Shown one piece after another: positions 1 through 15,100 of a DNA stretch of 64,000 bases (the stretch's first letter is position 1; each line of letters opens with the position of its first letter). Source of the DNA: Phyllobates terribilis. Its lineage: Eukaryota. The position numbers and the translations under genes are program-made. The notes beneath the pieces were generated by a model, which was not told the origin of the DNA, ran no database searches, and saw only the letters and a list, made by a program, of their open reading frames with translations. The stretch is taken from contig NW_027362762.1 in assembly GCF_046119375.1 (NCBI RefSeq), forward strand, positions 58,280,001-58,344,000. The letters run 5' to 3'.

Positions 1-376
1 GCTTTAGTCCAGGTCTGGGAGGAGATCCCACAGGAGACCATCCGCAACCTCATCAGGAGCATTCCCAGGCGTTGTAGGGAGGTCATACAGGCACGTGGAG
101 GCCACACACAATACTCAGCCTCATTTTGACTTGTTTTAAGGACATTACATCAAAGTTGGATCAGCCTGTAGTGAGTTTTTCCACTTTAATTTTGGGGGTG
201 ACTCCAAATCCAGGCCTCCATTGGTTAATAAATGTGATTTCCATTGATGATTTTTGTGTGATTTTGTTGTCAGCACATTCAACTTTGTACAGAATAAAGT
301 ATTCAATGAGAATATTTCATTCATTCAAATCTAGGATCTGTTATTTGAGTGTTCCCTTTATTTTTTTTGAGCAGTG
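1..376 (+). mobile_element. 3' end of a Tc1-family DNA transposon (transposase C-terminus plus right TIR), cut by the window edge
   Basis: Translates as ALVQVWEEIPQETIRNLIRSIPRRCREVIQARGGHTQY. It ends in TTTTTTGAGCAGTG (376), the same TIR as the bounded copy at 58504-59672. Confidence 0.85.
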
Positions 377-384
377 TGTGTGTG

Positions 385-440
<56 letters not shown>
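377..440. repeat. (TG)n(TA)n microsatellite at the Tc1 insertion site
   Basis: Directly visible dinucleotide run abutting the Tc1 TIR. Confidence 0.95.
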
Positions 441-445
<5 letters not shown>

Positions 446-820
446 AATATGGTACAGTCTGGAGGACCCATTCTGAATGGAGGACTATGTGGGGCCCATT
501 ATACTGTACGGAGCATCGTGTGGGGCCCATTTTACAGTATGGAGGACTATGTGGGGCCATTATTCTGTATGGAGGACTGTGTGGGGCCCATTATTCTGTA
601 TAAAAAGCAATGCAGGGATGGGGTCACCATTATTTGTCAGGGAGGCTACACTAGGGTCATCATACCGTGTGGGGGTATTATACTCTGTGTGTGGCACTTT
701 TGTTGGCATCATACTTCATTTAAGCTGTATTATTCAAGGTTTTTTTTTATCCTTTATTATATATTTAAATTAGGCCATATGCTTTTTACTGTTTGTTTCC
801 ATATGAAAAAGTTTGTTATA

Positions 821-2432
<1,612 letters not shown>

Positions 2433-2970
2433 TATTTGATAAGGAAAAAGCTCAATTGTAGACTTTTTTTTAATATCTATCAAGGTTGACCCACTACGTT
2501 GTCCAAGCTTTTGTTCCAGCTGCCAGGGAAATATATTGGCTACCCAGGTACATTGCAGGAATGACAATCTGGTTGCAGGAGATTTCTCCCTCTTTTAAAC
2601 CACCTAGATGCCATGGTCAATATTGACTGTGGCGTCTAATGGATAAAACTGCCATGATTCGAAGATGTAATCGTGTCGGCTCTGATATATAGCGTACACT
2701 TGCTGCAGATGATGTGGGCATTGTCCTTGCGCAACCATTTCCTGTGTCTGCGACAGTCCGATCTAGTGCATGGCGTGGGTGGCACGAAGGGGATAAGACT
2801 CGACCAGTGCACAAATGATATATTAATAGCTGGTTGGATGGAGAGATCATTATGGCCCTGCAGCTAAAGGGCCGCAGACCCCCAATGGCAGCACGGTGGT
2901 GAGTGGTCACACCCCTAGGGATTCAGTAGTATGCATGTTAATGTTTGCAATTTTTTTCTTACCCCTACAG

Positions 2971-3085
2971 GTAAGATGAATTGTTCCCTATGTAACACTA
3001 TACGGGGTACCTGCATTGGCGCCATTGTCGGGGGTGTGGGTTCAGCGTCCTTAGCTGCATTACTCAGCACAGCATACTTTCTCAA
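2971..3085 (+). CDS. TMEM126A: TMEM126-family gene, penultimate coding exon (115 nt, phase 1 to phase 2)
   Basis: Polypyrimidine tract plus CAG acceptor and AA|GTAAGT donor. Translates (G)KMNCSLCNTIRGTCIGAIVGGVGSASLAALLSTAYFL(K), matching the CxxCxxxRxxxxGxxxGG pattern of TMEM126. It joins in frame to 6538, and synteny with CREBZF and SYTL2 fits. A versus B paralog identity is uncertain. Confidence 0.8.
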
Positions 3086-4253
3086 GTAAGTAACTAGCAA
3101 AACTTGATATTTGTCATGTCATTTTGCATTCCAGTATATCCAGAGCGCATCATGTAGCTGTGTGTATCCCATGTGTATCTTGTTGTTCCTGAACTTGGGT
3201 ATACAAAGTGGCGCCACCTGGTGTTCATTAGATCAGGCAAAAGTTTTCATTATATATATATTATTTTTGTCTAGTGATTACTGTTACATATAACTTATGG
3301 CGCCCTCTTCATACTCATCAGTCCACCTGATGAGTCCATTGCCGGTGGTCGCACATGCTCAGTAGCTCACTCTCACCCCCTGGATCCTCTTGTACATGGA
3401 CGGTAAAGTGATTCATGCCATCTTACAACCAGACGATAGAGCGGCATCATCGCACCGACATCGGGCACATCAGGTGGATTTTCCCAAAAGAAATCCTTCT
3501 ATGTTCCCGTTAACCCTTTCACAAGCTGTCAATTTTTTTTGAACAGCGATTCAGACTGGTGGAGTCTTTTTTTATTTCTATCTTTTTTTTTTTATTTTAC
3601 AGGCTGTGCCCCGTCCTCACGAGTTGTTACTAGACCTTTTTTTCTGGATGGGGAAAAGGGGGGTGGGGGCATTTGAGCATAGTAATATATTCTTTTTGTT
3701 TCTGATTTCCCCTGTAACTGGGGCTGGTGTATTAACCCCAGTTACAGGGGAATATCAGCCCCCTAGGATCCATGTATAAAGTATATGGACATTCCAGTAG
3801 ACATTAACATATGGTGTAAATCATTTTATATTTTGATTGCTTATACTATATACTAGAATATTGGTGTGATTGTCTTCACAGAACTGGGATGGCTTTTAGC
3901 AGGATCCCTGCTGCCACGGTGTAACCTATTAACATCCAGAAATCGTGTTGCAAAGGGATTTGGGGCTGTGAGGGGAATAAACCAGACCAGTTAAATCCTG
4001 TGGTCACAGATTGAAAGCGGCATTTAAATGATCAAACAGCAGCAAAAGGAGCCACTTCTGTTACAGGCAGATGCCGGGTTTAGTGCAGGCTCAGCTCTGG
4101 AGCCTGCGCCATATAGGAGGACCCACCAATGCATACCATCACATGCTATGTAGGAAAGATATAGTTATTTGTTCTAATCAGGAGAGGAGAGCTTACAGGA
4201 AACTTTTGAGCACTGTATGTAGTGAGCGCCCTCTAGTGCAGGGGTGCTCAACC

Positions 4254-4847
4254 TGCAGCTTAGGAGCCATATGCGGCTCACTATATTGCAGCTTAGGAAC
4301 CATGTGCGGCTCACTATATTGCAGCTTAGGAGCCATGTGCGGCTCACTATATTGCAGCTTAGGAGCCATGTGCGGCTCACTATATTGCAGCTTAGGAACC
4401 ATGTGCGGCTCACTATATTGCAGCTTAGGAACCATGTGCGGCTCACTATATTGCAGCTTAGGAGCCATATGCGGCTCACTATATTGCAGCTTAGGAACCA
4501 TGTGCGGCTCACTATATTGCAGCTTAGGAGCCATATGCGGCTCACTATATTGCAGCTTAGGAGCCATATGCGGCTCACTATATTGCAGCTTAGGAACCAT
4601 GTGCAGCTCACTATATTGCAGCTTAGGAGCCATGTGCGGCTCACTATATTGCAGCTTAGGAACCATGTGCGGCTCACTATATTGCAGCTTAGGAGCCATG
4701 TGCGGCTCACTATATTGCAGCTTAGGAACCATGTGCGGCTCACTATATTGCAGCTTAGGAACCATGTGCGGCTCACTATATTGCAGCTTAGGAGCCATAT
4801 GCGGCTCACTATATTGCAGCTTAGGAGCCATATGCAGCTCACTATAT
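4254..4847. repeat. 33-bp minisatellite, 18 copies (TGCAGCTTAGGA[G/A]CCAT[A/G]TGCGGCTCACTATAT)
   Basis: Unit starts at 4254, 4287 ... 4815 (17 x 33 apart). It explains the repetitive ORFs on both strands. Confidence 0.97.
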
Positions 4848-5497
4848 TATCGCTCATCACTTGAATCTGTGGATTATTATTCACAGATTTGAGACTACCA
4901 CTCCCAATTGTAATCTCCTTGAGCACTGTAGTAGTACCCCACGATCAGACTGGGCACTTTTTCTATCCCTGCACTATGTTCATATGCAGCAATATTTTTC
5001 TTTAACCAAAACTGCTCTCTTGGCAGTAATAACAGATTTTTGCTGCGTTTTGGATGCAGATGACGTGATTTGCCTAGTTGAAGGTGGGTTTTGCAGCGTA
5101 TTTGGTGAATAAAACTATTTGTCCAGGAAAGGGGGGGCTTTCAGTGTTTTTGCACTCATTGTTTTCTATGGGTTAAAAAAAAAGTGCTGAAAGAATTAAC
5201 ATGCAACAGATTTAAAGAAAACCTTAGTTCTCAAATTTTGTCAGGAAAAATATGTGTACGAGATGTCCGAAACCTCATAGCTTTTCGATTGTATTGTGAA
5301 ATGCGGTTTTTCTGCAAAAAAAACACACAAAAAAAACGTACAGCAAACAAGCTGTATGTGAAAACTGCCGAAGGTGTAATGAGCTGTGCACTCTTGGCTC
5401 CTATCCCTCCACTGTAGGAGCATAAAACAGCACTCCTGGGCTGAATTTCTATTATACTGGCTGTGATAAATTCCCCTGAATGACTGCTGGGCATTAA

Positions 5498-5979
5498 AGG
5501 GGTATTCCCATCTCCAACATCCTATCCCATTATGTAGTAAGTGCCACGGACCCACTATCAGTATTTGGTCAGTATTATTTCTCAGGAGTGGGTGATAAAT
5601 TCAGAATTGGTGACTTGTTTCTATTATACCTTTTCTTGTTCCTCACCTGGTTTTGGCTCCCACTCCTGAGAAAAAATACTGATAGTGGGGCTGTGGTCTT
5701 ATAATAATAGCAAACAGCTCCTATTAGAAATGTAGTACAGTTCTCCTGATTAACCTATGTCACTTACCCCATGTGCAGGGCATTGCAGTAGCTTAGATCT
5801 CCATGGTTACGACCACTCATATAATGAGTTAGCTGTTGTCATAACCATGGATACCTAAGCTACTGCAATGCCCTGCACACGGGCTAAACATAGGTTATCA
5901 GAACTATACTACATTTCTAATTGGAGGTATTTGCTAATATTATTACACCTGCTACATATTGGGAGATGGGAATACCCCT
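5498..5979. mobile_element. Kolobok/T2-type MITE
   Basis: TTAA then AGGGGTATTCCCATCT at the left and AGATGGGAATACCCCT at the right. Same family as 41459-41810. Confidence 0.7.
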
Positions 5980-6537
5980 CAAAGGAGAAGCCCACACGCC
6001 CATGCCCAACATCATCAGCCCTCTCTGTCTTCAGCTGTGTGAAACGGCGTTGGGCTTGTTTATGGCCGATGCTTGTAAATCGAAGAGTTTGAATTTGTGT
6101 GGACCCGCAAACTTCAGGAACTTTGACTGTAACTTGGCCCTCCCATCTCTATAAACCACTAATGGGGGCATCATCTACGTCGAGAAAATGAAGTGGCCGT
6201 GCCCGAGTGCTGCCATAATCATTCTAGTTTACGGGAGTAGGGAAACACTCGATTGTTTGCGTCTCGCATAAGCGACCATGGAGAAAACTTAATCCTTGCT
6301 CCCTTATTTTTGGATTTTGACAGGAAGAGAACCGCTATCCTGATAGGGTTAAAGTCCTAAAACAAGGAACTGGCAAAAGTTTGTGCACCCATGCTGTAGT
6401 GGATCCTACGGGGCAGAATTGTATTTTTGTGAACATGTGATGTACGTGGGAATAGACGGGCTCGGCAGAGTTTTGGGGGCTGTGCTTGGACAGAAGCCAT
6501 TCAGATGTTGGTAAATTCCTCCTCTTTCCTTACACAG

Positions 6538-6730
6538 GTACGACAAGAGGCCGTTACCAAAGAACGTCTTCCGCTTCTCCATTAACCTCTACAAACCCGC
6601 ACTCCTGAAACTGAAGTATTTCTTCCTTTTCCAAACCATTTTTTGCATGGCGATCAGCGCTCGTTATTACGCCGTATACGAGAAGATGCTGATGATGTCT
6701 CCTCAGCCGGAAGTGGCGCAGGAGGAGTGA
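6538..6730 (+). CDS. TMEM126A: TMEM126-family gene, last coding exon
   Basis: CTCTTTCCTTACACAG acceptor. Translates YDKRPLPKNVFRFSINLYKPALLKLKYFFLFQTIFCMAISARYYAVYEKMLMMSPQPEVAQEE*, with the Y...LP...KP...LFQT pattern of the TMEM126 C-terminus. Phase is compatible with 2971-3085. Confidence 0.8.
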
Positions 6731-7547
6731 ACTCAGCCATCAAGATTACATGGGTTTTGTTTTTTTTTTGAAGGCACTTCTTTGTTTTGTGGTATACTCT
6801 GACGGGTTTTGGGCCAAATTCTTTAATTCTGAGCCAAATGTAAAAAAAAAAAAAAAAAAAAACCCGTAAGTTTTTGTCTTTAGCCCTAAAGTTTCAGGTG
6901 TGTGTGCAGTAACAAGGAAGAAAAATTGGAGCACCTTAGAAAAAAAAATTGTAAGATTCTTAAAAAGTTGAAATTGTGGAATGAGCTGAAAATATCTGGT
7001 AAACCCGTCCCCAATGATGTAATTTAATAAAACCATATATGAAGCCAAAAAAAAAAAAATACAAAAATGAATTGGGCTCAAAATCTTCTTGGAAAATAAG
7101 TTTTCGGTATGCTATAACAACAAAAAAAAAAAAAACACACACAGCGCTCAAGTACACCATGCTGCTCTTTTCCCCATTGGCTTATCTGACGTTCTCCTCA
7201 CATTGTGGATTGAGATCGTAAGTTCCCCCACGATCCAGCACGAGGGGGTCCTAGAAGCAGGACCTTCACCAACCACATAAGGCCATGTCTTGGCGCATTT
7301 GTGCTGCGGCTCCGTCATTCCCGATCATCTAATCCAGCAGCTGTACAAACCCATTAAGAATCTGTCAACCCTACTACATTGCCTTCCCGACTAAAGAATA
7401 TTCATGGACGTCAGCAGATGAAGAGGCAGCACCTTTGCTCCCGTGTAGCGGCCGATAAAATGGGATGTGAATGAATTGGCACCGACTCAATCTATGACCC
7501 TGTCTGTCTCCTGATCTCTTTAGCCTAGATTTACTACCATTTCAAAG

Positions 7548-7803
7548 CAGGGCTGTGGAGTCGGTCCATTTTATACCAACTCCTAAAATATATAATAAAC
7601 TGGGGGCAGTCGTTCAATGCAATTTGTGGGGAATATTTTTTTTCATAAGAATTTGGTAAAGTTATGAAATGTCCTATAAATGTCTGTCCTATTCCTGATC
7701 TAAGGGTCTAGACTTTTAGCTGAGATGAATCTCACTTTCATCACTTAAACATGAGCCGTGTATGAGGGAGTCGGAGGTTTGGCTTACCGACTCCACAGCC
7801 CTG
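7548..7803. mobile_element. hAT-type MITE (CAGGGCTGTGGAGTCGG TIR), uninterrupted copy
   Basis: TIRs at both ends. 8-bp TSD TTTCAAAG / CTTCAAAG (7 of 8 match). Confidence 0.8.
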
Positions 7804-8591
7804 CTTCAAAGTTTATCCAAATGTACCTAGTGCTTATAAAATGGTGTCTCTCCCACAACCCTCTGGTTATCATGTGGTTTTGTGTTTTTTTTTTAAATAA
7901 AATCCAGATTTTTCAAGAAGATTGTTTATATCGGATTCATAACTAAAAACCATTAGCTCCTTGGGTATTGCTGGGTATAATCTATAACGCTGGAGGAACC
8001 CAGCAACTTAATTCTGAAATCAATTACACTTACACCCTGTATTATACTCCAGAGCTGCACTCACTATTCTGCAAACAAAAATAACCCTCATTCCCATAAT
8101 AAATGTATTTTTTTTTTTTAACCGGCTCGGCAGTTTAGCTGTAGAAACTGATGAAAAAGCTGGATGACAAAATTATGCTGTTTTGACATCACTTGAGGCA
8201 CAAGAAAACTAGTAAGCCATATATTAATCACCAGAACTAGCCCTGAAGACATTGATCCAAGCAGGAAGTTTCTGAACTAAAGCCTCACATCTAGCGGACC
8301 GAATAAATTCATAAAACTCTGTCACAGCTGCCACGTCTGTAGTTTCTGGTTGCTGGCGGGGGGCTCTGCAAACCATCTCCTACCTACCGGCAATCCCTTG
8401 GCTCCTCCGGATTTACTGGCCAGGTAATAATGCAGACAACATGCACCAGGCCAGCTAATCAACAAAACAAAAGCTGAGGCTGCTGGCAGGTAACCGGCTG
8501 TTTGCAGGGATCCTGGCCGGCCGCTACACCAGGGTCCTGTGAATGTATTCGCTTATCTCTACCCAGAAACATAAATGCAGCTATGGACTAA

Positions 8592-9172
8592 AGCCCCCGT
8601 CTCACATAGCGAGATCGCTGCTGTGTCACGGTTTTGGTGTCGCTATGTGTGACACCTTGCAGCGATCAGGCCCCTGCTGTGAGGTCGCTGATCGCCGCAA
8701 AGTATCCTGGACCATTTTTTGGTCTTTGCCCTCCCGCTGGTCAGCACACATCGCTGTGTGTGACCAGCGATCAGGCTAGTAACCATGATAAACAGCGGGT
8801 TACTAGGGGCACACAAGCACTTAGTAACCCGCTGTTTATCATGATTACCACTCTGCTACAGTTAGCGGTAACCTCCCGCTCACCGTAGCAGAGTGATAAT
8901 CATGATAAACAGCGGGTTACTAAGTGCGTGTGTGCCCCTAGTAACCCACTATTTATCATGGTTACTAGCCTGCTCCTGCTTCAGCAGCAGGCTGGTAACC
9001 AGGAGCAGGACATCGTGGAAAGATTCTTTCCACGATGTCGCTGCTCCCCTGATCGTTGGTGAGCCTGCCTGTTTGACAGCTCACCAGCGATCACATAGCG
9101 ACGCACCAGCGATACCGGCCAGGTCACATCGTTGTCGGGATCGCTGGTGCGTCGTTATGTGAGACGGTACCC
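8592..9172. mobile_element. PIF/Harbinger-type MITE with internal palindromes
   Basis: TAA at 8589-8591 and 9173-9175. TIR core CCGTCTCACATA[G/A]CGA. Internal inverted repeats built on ATCATGATAAACAGCGGGTTACTA. Confidence 0.75.
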
Positions 9173-12100
9173 TAAGACTGAGGCCTCATTCACACTTGCA
9201 AATAACTTTTCAATCAGCAGCTTCATAGTACAGATGCTGTACAACTTGTATGCCCTCCAGGAAGAATAGGTCTTATTATAGGACATAAAAAGAGTAGTGT
9301 ATGCTGCCACATTTTAGGGTCAGTAGTGTGATTGACATGCAGATCCCCTGTCCTCTAACAATACAATGTGATCACCATAGAGGAACATCACTTCAGTAGA
9401 CACGGAGGGGGGTCTGGGTGCTGCAATATGGCCCCTGTAAACACAGCACTGGGCAGAGATGGCATCACTGAAAATAAGGCGGCTGCATTTACCTCTCACA
9501 ATCAGATTCTAAGGTTTGATCCTTGCAACAGCAGATTTAGAAAAATTTTGGGCACCGAATAAATTGCCCTTCTTAAAAGGATATAGTTGAAGGGTTGTGA
9601 GAGTCTTACCTAAACATGCCCATCTGCTCTTCCCGTGCACTCATTCTGCATTTTTTTTTTTACCCGTCTCTCAAGATGCACCTTATAGATAAGCTCATAA
9701 TATAATTAAAAAAAACAAAACAAAACGTATTCCCCAAAAATACCAACTCCCCCCCCTTAGAGCATGCATGTCAAAATCTGGCCCACGACACCTATGTGGG
9801 GCCCATTATTCTGTATGGAGGACTATGTGATGTCCATAATACTATATGAAGGACTGTCAGGCCCATTAGTCTGTATGAAAGTCTATGTGGGGCCCATTAT
9901 TCTCTATGAAGGACTTTGTGTGAACCATTATTCTGTATACTGATTGTCCCGCAACTTTGTCCAAGTTTTTAATTATGGCCATGTGTTTAAGAGTTTCACA
10001 TCCCTGCTTTAGAGGAATGACTTAAAAGGGGGAAGCACAATACCCAAAATGCCCTTAGAAATAGATATTAACTACACCCTAACCACTGTTGTAATTAACT
10101 TTAGTACACCACTTCTCTAATCCCTAAATGTTTGTTTTTTTAACAACTTCCTGTGACGTTTTGTTTGACTGGAGTCTCACACATGACGTTACAGGATGCT
10201 GGCGCTGCACTCACTTCCTGCAACATCCATCGCCCCTCCTAGCACAAGATGGCATCATGGGGGCAGCATTGCAATTACATAAAAGTTTCTTGCATTGTCA
10301 CTGTCTGCAGCTGTCCTGGGTGAAAAAAAAAAAGCTGTGCTGTGGGAGAGGTGAGCGCAGCGCCAACACTGCTTCTATCTTTTGCCGCAGCGTCTCACAG
10401 TGCATCAGGGGGATGGCGATAGAAGCAGAGCAAGATACACCAGTGCTGGCCCATGATTACAATTCATTTGAGGGCGGTGGCACGGGTGTAAATCACCCTG
10501 CTTTCATCACTGCCCCCTGATGACACCATGGATCCAGGACATCTTCAGAGAGCGATGATGAAAAACCGTGATAAGTGACCGCAGTGCCGCCCCCCGATGA
10601 AGTGCTGTTTGAGAAGGGGTGATGGACGCTGCGAGAAATCAAGTGCAGCCCCAGCCTCCTGTGGCTTTCTGTTTGAGATTCCCATCAAATGAAAAGTCAC
10701 AGGAAATGAATTGGAAAAAAAACAAAGCATTTAAGGATTAGCAGGATAGTAGAGTACAAAAATGCTTGGGGTGTAAAGAGACATTTAAAAGGGCATTAAA
10801 GTGCCAGACCAACCCTATAACGGCATCAAAAATGGGTAATTAAAGCTGACAATCAGCCGTTTCAGAGTAGGAATAATAGCAGCTTCACAAGTCCAGCTTT
10901 CACGGTCTAAGCTACATTTGTCAAACTTTGGCCCACAGGTCAAATCTTTCAACTTGCAAAGGCTTCCTAAGTGTTTAAAAAGGTCCCTTAGTCTGTTTCA
11001 GTAGGCACCGCATGGGGAAGACTGCTGACTTGACACATTTTGTATTGAAAAAAAAAAAAAAATTTACTTTTTGATGATATTCTAATTTAGTGAGAAGCAC
11101 CTGTATATCAGTATCCTAGATGTAGATACAGTTTAACCCCTTTACCACCTTGGCCTTTTCATTTTTATTTGCTCCTCTTCTTCCCAGACCCATAACTTTG
11201 TTTTTATTTTTCCATCAATATGGCCATGTGAGGACTCTCTTTTTTCGCACAACGAGTTGTACTTTTGCACGACACCATTGGTTTTACCATATAGTGTACT
11301 CGAAAATGGGAAAAACAGCCCAAAGTCTCTACATGGCTAGGAGTCTGTATTGCTCAGGTCAGGAGACCTGTGACTGCTCCATGTTCAGACCTCAAACGTG
11401 TGAAACTACAAAATGCAGGGCCCTATGATTTCAACTTATTTTACGGGGGGTGCAAGTATTCATCAAAAACACACTAGCCCAGAATAGGCACCAGTCCCAC
11501 ATGGGAATGCTCCTCATCTACCCTTTAAATGCATAGTCGGAATATCCCCTTTAAAATAAAACAATGAACATGTTCGCATGTGTGAGCCATGAATATGATT
11601 GTGTTGTAACAAACCATAGTACACTTTAAACCAGGGAGGTTTTACCCCCTTGTCAAGTCCTGGTTTATGAGGTTTTTGCATTAGTAGGGTAATGCACCGT
11701 CTGCTGCAGACACGAACGCTCCACCTCCATGTATTAGACGTGGACGAAGCTGTTTGAAACAAAGAGGAGATATTAATTTATCAGGATCTCATTACTGGGG
11801 AGATAGAATAAACATACCACACAATGTGCAGCCACCGGTTTATTACATCTTACACTACATCGTTATACACAGGAACAATTAAGATTTGTGCTGCAGATAC
11901 ATTTCTTCCATTGCTGCCCGGTTTTCCAAAAGAAAAAAAAATAGTGTCCAATGCACAAATATATACAGACATGAGCAGGTGTAATCATACAGAGCGGCAT
12001 CCATTACCAGAATGCACATGAGTAGAAACTGATAAACGTGAAATTATACATCGTGACATCACAGAAATGCATCCTCCCTCCGCCTGATCTGTGGACTCAC

Positions 12101-15100
12101 GATCCAGAAGCAGATGGTCTGGTATTATATTCCGTCCCATTAAGACTCGACAGCGCTCACACTTTAGTCCGGCAGAGCCGCGAGGTTTGCCTATAATACC
12201 GCCACTATGTAATAAACACAAGATCTGCTTGGACCATGCAATCAAGGGGAAAGTGTTCACCCAAACCTACAAATATTAAAGGGGTAATCTGGCCCTGCTC
12301 ACATACGCATCGAGAGGACTGGCAATGTCACCGGCATGGTGCACCCAGTCTATTCGTTAGAGGACAAGGTATCCGCCAAACCCACAGGAGGCATCTAGAC
12401 GAGACACCACCAATCCTACTCATCTCTTGGAAGTGAGAAAAGCTGGAAAACCCCTGGAAAAGGAATTTTTTACCACCCAATGCGAGAGCAGCATGAAGTA
12501 GAGGCAGAGACCCCGATTCCAGCAAGGTGTCACTTACTGGGCTGCTAGCTGCAGTTTTGATAAAAATCAGTTTTAATCAGCAGATCATCACTAGAGGACT
12601 AGTAAACCTGCTGCCATATAGACCTCCATAGTCAGGAGCTCTGTATAGCCCCACACCCATCATTGATTTTCAGCTTTCTGGCTATGCACAGAAAACTGCT
12701 AATCAGTGGTGTGGACAGGTTTATATAGAGCTGCGCAATTAGAAAACGGCTAGATCTACAGCAGAGAAAACGGATGTTATAATCTGCAGAAAGCAGCCCG
12801 GTAAGTGACATCACTGGAACCAGGGTCTCTGCCCCTACATCATGTTCCTTTTAGATGGGGTTTAAAAACAAAACAATAAAAACTGGTGATAAGATTCCCT
12901 TTAAAAGATCTATAGTAAATGAAAAGTTTAAGCGTCATTTTAAAAAAATATTTTTCTTCAATTTCCGCTATACCTTTGTCTGATCTATCGGGCCAAATAT
13001 TACTCTGTTTGCTCACAATGAAATGTACCATTGCTGCATACTAAACTCAATATCCTCCTGGAAAGATTAGCAGGAATATGGACCTTAAAAGGGGTATTCC
13101 CATCTCCAAGATCCTATCCCAATATGTAGTAGGTGTAATATTAGCAAATATACTACATTTCTAATCGGAGGTAACTAATAATGGCATTCTAGACATAGAT
13201 CCGAGCAGCTTTTCCATATGATTTAAGGGCTTCTTCAGGTAACTAATCTCTGGGCCACCTATGGACCCCCTACCATATAAACCAGGAGATACGGGCTCAG
13301 GTGGGGAATTGCATCCAATACCACCAGGATACTGTTATGTAAAGAAGCCCTTACTTTGTGGGCACTAGTTTTTTTAAAAAAGGGACGTACATTGCAGACA
13401 TGGTACGGTTATATTTTATGGTAAGGTCACTTGCAGGTTGGGCTTGTGATTATTACATTTTATTCATTAGCATGGCATACCAGACAATATCTGCTCCTAT
13501 ATCCTGGTCCCCCCCCGGAGAGATTAATCATTTCTGGCAACTACCCACATTATAAGATACGTTACAAACAATAGGGATGCAAAGAGGAAAAAACAAAAAG
13601 AAAGCCCTGTGGTTACCTCGTCTCCTCCTGTACCATACCATACAACCTTTTATTACAAAGCAGGACATGTGCGGTGAGCAGCGGGTCCCGAATCTTCCGC
13701 CCCATACAGCTGACTCCACTTTAGCATAAAAGAAAACAAGGATGCTAAATACACAAAGCTCAATGGAGAGAAGCGAGATTTCAAAAGGTTTCCGAGTCCA
13801 CAAAATATTCCACCAATGCACAGTAAAGCGTACGATGATGGGGGTAGTTGTGGAAGTAGTGTCATATCATTCCACTTTATCGCTACGACCCAGATATAAT
13901 CGCCAGTAGTTCTGGGATCATAAAAGACTAATGGTTCAATACAACTGATACCTTTTGAAATCTCACTTTACAAACAATATCAATGTTACAAGAAACACCC
14001 ATCCCAGAACCTGCACTAATCTCCCTCCTGGGCTGAAGGAACAGATATTTTTTTACTCTTTTCAATTCTGAGTAACAGATACGATTAAATTAACACACCC
14101 TTATTGACCTACTTTAAAGGTGCACAAGGGGGCCGCAGCCTTAAGGAGGGTTTTCAAGGCTTACCTTAGGATAGGTGATCACCTAGATTGGCAGGGGTAC
14201 AGCACCTGGCACCTTCAATCTCTCTGGTGCTGCCAAGTGTCAAACTACCACTGATCATCTATCTCCAAGTCCTGAACCACCCCTTTAATGCTGCTCTTAC
14301 GACTGTTAGGGCACAGTCAGACAGACATACAAAATCTGACCAAGATCGAACTGCAATACTCAGGCCGACTGCATGAAAGTGGCCGCCGGACAGTCAGAGC
14401 AATGCAGTCCGATTTATAAGGCCGTATGACTGCATCCGTAAGGTGCTTCATCACCTGGGATAATAACGATGTAAAAGTGAAATGTCCCCTTCATACACCC
14501 TTACAGCAAAGGTTCAAGTATGTTGCTCTGTCCTTCCTCTGTGTTCAGTTTCTGACATGGGAACAATTCACACACAGATTTGCAGAAAATATTAAATCTC
14601 TGCTGCTTGTCTGAATTAGGCTGTGGCCGCAGGTTTCTGCAAGCCTCGTTGAAATTATTGTACAGTCATAGAAATTCCTGCAACTAATCTTTTTTGCATG
14701 ATGTTACTTTTAGAAGATCCACATTGAGACCTCAATTCTGGGCCTGACCCTATAGAACCTTACGGTTTCAGAGAGAGAGAGAGAGAAATTAAAAAAAAAA
14801 AAAAAAAAAAAAATGTATGGGTCTCCTATTCTTGTGAACCTTTTACAACCTGAAAGTGTCCTCATTTAATGTGATGCTGTCTGAGCTCAGATGTTGGCTG
14901 CTTTTCTATTTTAAAGTTAGATTTTTTTTTTTTTTAAATGATGCATTTAACATGCAGCCAGATATGGACAAATAGTGGGGTTAGCAACTACAATTCCGGG
15001 GCTGTCAAGGCACGCTGGGATTTGTAATTCTGCATCTGCTGTTGTGCCGTAGGTTGCTGACCCCATCACTACACCCTATATACAAAAAAGAAATCACAAT

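Noticed and set aside
2600-2930. Possible earlier TMEM126 exon or other coding sequence
   Set aside because: No frame resembles TMEM126. It looks like a decayed DNA-transposon fragment and cannot be classified.
4254-4847. CRISPR-like regular repeats (also the 71-bp array at 58848)
   Set aside because: Units are head-to-tail with no unique spacers, there are no cas genes, and the context is eukaryotic.
4071-4926. Four long ORFs (206-273 aa) on both strands
   Set aside because: Artefacts of the stop-free 33-bp VNTR inside an intron.
14855-14890. C/D-box snoRNA-like GTGATG...CTGA
   Set aside because: The C box is imperfect and only a few nt from the D box, with no terminal stem.
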